From the IMG/VR virus record IMGVR_UViG_3300028840_004776: a stretch of DNA of 64,000 nucleotides; one strand, given 5' to 3'. The position numbers were made by a program, and so were the translations under genes. The stretch's first letter is position 1, and each line of letters begins with the position of its first letter. This document shows, piece after piece, positions 60,387 through 64,000 of this stretch. Under the pieces are notes generated by a model, which saw only the letters and a program-made list of their open reading frames with translations, was not told the DNA's origin and searched no databases. The stretch comes from an uncultured virus (IMG/VR IMGVR_UViG_3300028840_004776). Lineage: Duplodnaviria; Heunggongvirae; Uroviricota; Caudoviricetes.

Positions 60387-60423
60387 TTTTTTCTCCTTTT
60401 GTTTGTTGTTGCCTTATATATTA

Positions 60424-60452
60424 ATAATACTAACAACAGCGAAGGGAGTCAA
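60424..60452 (-). promoter_or_regulatory. early sigma70 promoter P4
   Basis: TTGACT-17 bp-TATTAT. Confidence 0.85.
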
Positions 60453-60540
60453 GAAAAAAGTTATAACTTTTATGAAAAGCGAAGATTTTTTAATAAACAC
60501 CAACAAACTTTTTGGTATATATTTTGCTTTTAATACATTA

Positions 60541-61923
60541 TTAAAAAGGCAACTCATCATCATAGGATGAATTGTAATCATCTGTAGTCAAGCCAACCAC
60601 TTTGCTTTTAGTCGAAGTAATTGACTCACAACCCCCCATTAATCGCTCACACACATCGACGACACACCCATGGGAGTCCGCAAGGTATGTCCAGTCCATT
60701 GCTGGAAAATCATCATCAGAGCGCAATCTATCGCATAATAACGTGTTTCGTTGCAAAACATTATTATTCCGGATTGCTCGATTTAGACCCTTTCGATTCC
60801 CAACAATTTGAACTAGTTCTTTCCCACGTGTTACTGCCGTATAAAGTAAAGGTCTTGATAACATAAAGGAATTAGTGGAATGACACGGAATAATCACGGC
60901 ACGATATTCGGAGCCTTGTGATTTGTGGATTGTCATGGCATAGCAAAGTTGTAACTCGGCAATATCTTTTTTGTTTTCGTATTGAACTATCCGGTCGTAA
61001 AAATCCACGGATATTAGTGTTTCACCGAAATCCGTATCAATGTCCGTGATTATTCCCACTTCACCATTGAACGCCCCAAGACTATAATTATTTCGCGTGT
61101 GTATGACTTTATCACCTTGCCGGAATATTGTATCACCCATTTTGTACTCTGGTTTTGTATTGCTTGATGGGTTCATAATTTCTTGTAATTTTTTATTAAA
61201 TATAGTCACACCAACCGGAGATTTCCACTGTGGACAAAGAACTTGTGTGTCACGGATAGGATCTATTTTGTATTTTCCACCAACAATTTTTGTTATCAAA
61301 TACACAATTGCATCAAAAACCTGTTCCGGTGTTTCACGTTCAAAGAAGAAAAAATCTTCCGAAGTGCTGTTATTTTCATATATTTTTTGTCCGGTATTTA
61401 TTCTTTGTGCATTTTCGGAGATCCAAGAATTCTCCGATTGCCTATGTATTTGAGTCAATCTAACCACCGGAACAATACCGGAATTGATTATATCGCTCAA
61501 TGTGTTTCCATAACTAATTGACGGTAATTGATCAACATCTCCAACCAATATTAATTTTGTTGGTGGATTTACTGCCTTCAATATTGAATTAAATAAACTA
61601 GTTCCAACCATTGACATTTCATCAATAATAATAACATCTTCACAAAACGGATTTTTTTCATTAACCGTAAATCCACCGATTGATGGTTTCCACCTCAAAA
61701 GACGATGAATTGTAGATGCCGGTCGACCAGTTTGCTCTGATAACCGCTTTGCAGCTTTTCCCGTTGGTGCTGCACACAACACAGATCTCCCATGGGATTG
61801 CGCCATGTCTATTATCTGTCTGCATACCGTTGTTTTTCCGGTTCCCGGTCCACCTGTTATCACCAATACTGGTTTTGTTTGCGACAATTCTATTGCTGTA
61901 GTTTGCTCAGATGTTAGTTTCAC
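60541..61923 (-). CDS. recD: RecD2/TraA-like SF1B DNA helicase (compact)
   Basis: GGPGTGKT, APTGKAA, STIHRLL, IIDEMSM, VGDVDQLPS, LTQIHRQ, YAMTIHKSQGSE, LYTAVTR. Confidence 0.93.
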   Translation of the reverse strand: MKLTSEQTTAIELSQTKPVLVITGGPGTGKTTVCRQIIDMAQSHGRSVLCAAPTGKAAKRLSEQTGRPASTIHRLLRWKPSIGGFTVNEKNPFCEDVIIIDEMSMVGTSLFNSILKAVNPPTKLILVGDVDQLPSISYGNTLSDIINSGIVPVVRLTQIHRQSENSWISENAQRINTGQKIYENNSTSEDFFFFERETPEQVFDAIVYLITKIVGGKYKIDPIRDTQVLCPQWKSPVGVTIFNKKLQEIMNPSSNTKPEYKMGDTIFRQGDKVIHTRNNYSLGAFNGEVGIITDIDTDFGETLISVDFYDRIVQYENKKDIAELQLCYAMTIHKSQGSEYRAVIIPCHSTNSFMLSRPLLYTAVTRGKELVQIVGNRKGLNRAIRNNNVLQRNTLLCDRLRSDDDFPAMDWTYLADSHGCVVDVCERLMGGCESITSTKSKVVGLTTDDYNSSYDDELPF

Positions 61924-61936
61924 TTTTTTTCCTTTG

Positions 61937-62428
61937 TCAATGTTTTACATTTTGATCGCTTTTAAAAAAATTTTGTATCACTGTTTCTTCGTTATTTTCT
62001 TTTTCTTGATGCACTTGTATTTGTTTTGTGTGTTTAGATTTGTTATTTTCTTTTGGATCTATTTTTGTCGGGAATGATTGTATTGGTGATATTAGAGGTG
62101 GCGGAGCTTGTAGAGTTTCTCTGTGTTGTCTTCTTAGTCTGTGTATTTCGTTTCTTGTTTTTGCTAAATCCCTATGATATTTCTTGTTTAATAAGTTATA
62201 TTGTTCTTGTAATGCGTTATAATTATTTGCAAAATCTTTTACCAATTCTTTTACATTTTTTACTTCTCCGATTATAAAATCACATGTATTTATATGTGAA
62301 TTCATATCAGGTGTATGACTTAATTGAATCATACACTTTTTTGTTGGAATCATTTTGGCTTGATCAATGTGATCGGTGATTGAATTTAGTGTTCCTATAA
62401 TCTCTATAATAACTACTTTTTCACTCAT
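61937..62428 (-). CDS. hypothetical coiled-coil protein
   Basis: AAGGAG RBS. Confidence 0.65.
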   Translation of the reverse strand: MSEKVVIIEIIGTLNSITDHIDQAKMIPTKKCMIQLSHTPDMNSHINTCDFIIGEVKNVKELVKDFANNYNALQEQYNLLNKKYHRDLAKTRNEIHRLRRQHRETLQAPPPLISPIQSFPTKIDPKENNKSKHTKQIQVHQEKENNEETVIQNFFKSDQNVKH

Positions 62429-62449
62429 TTTTTTTACTCCTTTTTTTGA

Positions 62450-62716
62450 TTAAAATCTATATAATGTTTCTTGTTGATTTGCGAACCAAATTATATAGAT
62501 TCCATCACTTGTTTCGCAGATGCATTTGTCTTTGTCTTCATGATACTGTATCGTACCAAAGTTGCATTGAATATTTGGATTATTTTCAGTACAAATATTA
62601 ATATTGTGTTGGTAGTATTCATCATAAAGCAATACAACAATAAAAGCAAACAATATTCCAATAATAATCATTGTAAAATACCAAAGACATGATTTTATTT
62701 CTTTTATATACATCAT
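62450..62716 (-). CDS. small membrane protein with Cys-rich ectodomain
   Basis: One TM helix followed by 4 Cys. Confidence 0.6.
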   Translation of the reverse strand: MMYIKEIKSCLWYFTMIIIGILFAFIVVLLYDEYYQHNINICTENNPNIQCNFGTIQYHEDKDKCICETSDGIYIIWFANQQETLYRF

Positions 62717-62961
62717 ATTTGTTTCATTTTTCTTTGAAGTTTTTTGGTTTCAAGAAAATTTCTTATTATAGTGCATAATTTGTAATTTTTTATTCTTGTA
62801 TAATCTTGTAAGTAATCAATAAATATATTCATTTCCTTGGCAATAGTACATGGTGATTTATTGTATTCAATGCATTTTTTATGCACCCATATTGTGGCAT
62901 CAATACACGCATCAAGGTCATGAAGTTGGTTTACAACATCAAATTTTGTTGTTCTTGACAT
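62713..62961 (-). CDS. hypothetical protein, paralogous to the N-terminus of 63296-63910
   Basis: GAGGAG RBS before MSRTT; QLHDLDACIDATIWV aligns with QLVKINACNDAIWWV. Confidence 0.6.
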   Translation of the reverse strand: MSRTTKFDVVNQLHDLDACIDATIWVHKKCIEYNKSPCTIAKEMNIFIDYLQDYTRIKNYKLCTIIRNFLETKKLQRKMKQI

Positions 62962-62963
62962 TT

Positions 62964-63290
62964 TTACTCCTCTATGAATGTAAAATTTCTGCACCCAATA
63001 ATTTTGTTATTATTATCGCGAACAAGATTATTTGGTACTATAAAATCTGTTCTATTTGAAAATGAAGCAACAACTCTACTAACAATAAAAAGTGTATTTG
63101 GTTCTTTGTTTGGTGTATCAATCAATCCAAGAGATATTGTGGTTACAATATCTATGTCATTTATTGTTCTTACAAAACATTCTTCAAACTCAATACGTGG
63201 AACTTTTCCACATGGTTCTATTGTTTTTACAGAACCATTGCTTAGAAAAACATTAATTTTATGCGGTGTTGCGTTTTTGATTATTGTCAT
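62964..63290 (-). CDS. NxTPH-motif small protein (candidate Crn4-like ring nuclease)
   Basis: KNATPH, IEP.G...R, FIVS..VA, R.D...P...VRD....IIGC; family assignment from memory, unverified. Confidence 0.45.
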   Translation of the reverse strand: MTIIKNATPHKINVFLSNGSVKTIEPCGKVPRIEFEECFVRTINDIDIVTTISLGLIDTPNKEPNTLFIVSRVVASFSNRTDFIVPNNLVRDNNNKIIGCRNFTFIEE

Positions 63291-63295
63291 TTTCT

Positions 63296-63910
63296 TTACT
63301 CCTCTTCAAGTATTTTGCTAATATCAATGTTGTCTCTAATATAATTAGAAACAATATTATCGTAATTATGTTTCAAACATATCATCTTACCATAATTAAT
63401 AACTTTATTTGCTCTATGTGCAATATTGTCTCTATTGTTTCCTTTTCCTTGATATATTTTAATTATTATTGCTTCATTGAAATTATACAAACATAAAAAT
63501 TTATTTGTTGAATATGTGTATCCGTACAAATCATATAATAATTCTGATACATTAAATGATTTATTTTCTATAATACTTTTTTGGGTCAATTCCATTATTT
63601 GATTCACAATATCTTGTTCTTTTTTTTGTGAATGCAATGTGTGTATTCTAATTATGTGTTGTTCTTCTATAAAATGCGGTAATATATATATTCTAATTAC
63701 ATCATGCAATAACAATAATATACTATCTAAATCAGGGGAATTGTTGATTTTATTTGATGTAACAATCAAGAACCAAATCATCCAATCGGGAAAATTACAC
63801 TTTTCCCATAATTGTTTTGGTGACAAATGTTTTTGGTTTTTAACCCACCAAATAGCATCGTTGCATGCGTTTATTTTTACCAATTGTCTGATTAATTGCT
63901 CTGTGTTCAT
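63296..63910 (-). CDS. hypothetical phage protein
   Basis: AAGGAG RBS; L..I.AC..A..W...W..C...DWM.W motif. Confidence 0.7.
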   Translation of the reverse strand: MNTEQLIRQLVKINACNDAIWWVKNQKHLSPKQLWEKCNFPDWMIWFLIVTSNKINNSPDLDSILLLLHDVIRIYILPHFIEEQHIIRIHTLHSQKKEQDIVNQIMELTQKSIIENKSFNVSELLYDLYGYTYSTNKFLCLYNFNEAIIIKIYQGKGNNRDNIAHRANKVINYGKMICLKHNYDNIVSNYIRDNIDISKILEEE

Positions 63911-64000
63911 CCCATACTCCTTGATAATCGCTTTAAACGGATAGCTGTTTCAAGCTCCGCAACCCATGGATTTTTATGAAATAACTTGTTGTGTTCACGG

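Noticed and set aside
1..64000. Stop-codon reassignment
   Set aside because: Hallmark genes are full length under the standard bacterial code, and TAA, TAG and TGA all end genes.
1..64000. tRNA, rRNA, integrase or transposase genes
   Set aside because: None recognised by eye; a tRNAscan/Infernal run would be needed to exclude small RNAs.

Overview
AT-rich (roughly 30% GC by eye) segment of a large tailed dsDNA phage with a contractile tail (myovirus). From 1 to about 57.8 kb the + strand carries the 3' end of a probable class II ribonucleotide reductase, a terminase whose large subunit has a LAGLIDADG intein in the Walker A loop, pyrF, an amidase endolysin, portal, MuF, XkdF-like protease, major capsid, fibre/decoration proteins, neck, sheath, tube, a tail chaperone with a -1 frameshift site, tape measure, baseplate and tail fibre genes. 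AT-richer accessory islands interrupt this module and include three intact orphan DNA methyltransferases plus one decayed one, a NUDIX hydrolase, a SLOG protein and a lipoprotein metalloprotease. From about 57.8 to 64 kb is a - strand early-type region with four near-identical sigma70 promoter cassettes, a compact RecD-like helicase and a candidate ring nuclease. The strongest unexplained signal is the GC-rich palindrome CCCATGGG, found at least 24 times across the window in all reading frames and over three start codons; it behaves like a phage counterpart of cyanobacterial HIP1. All calls come from motif recognition by eye; no database searches were run.
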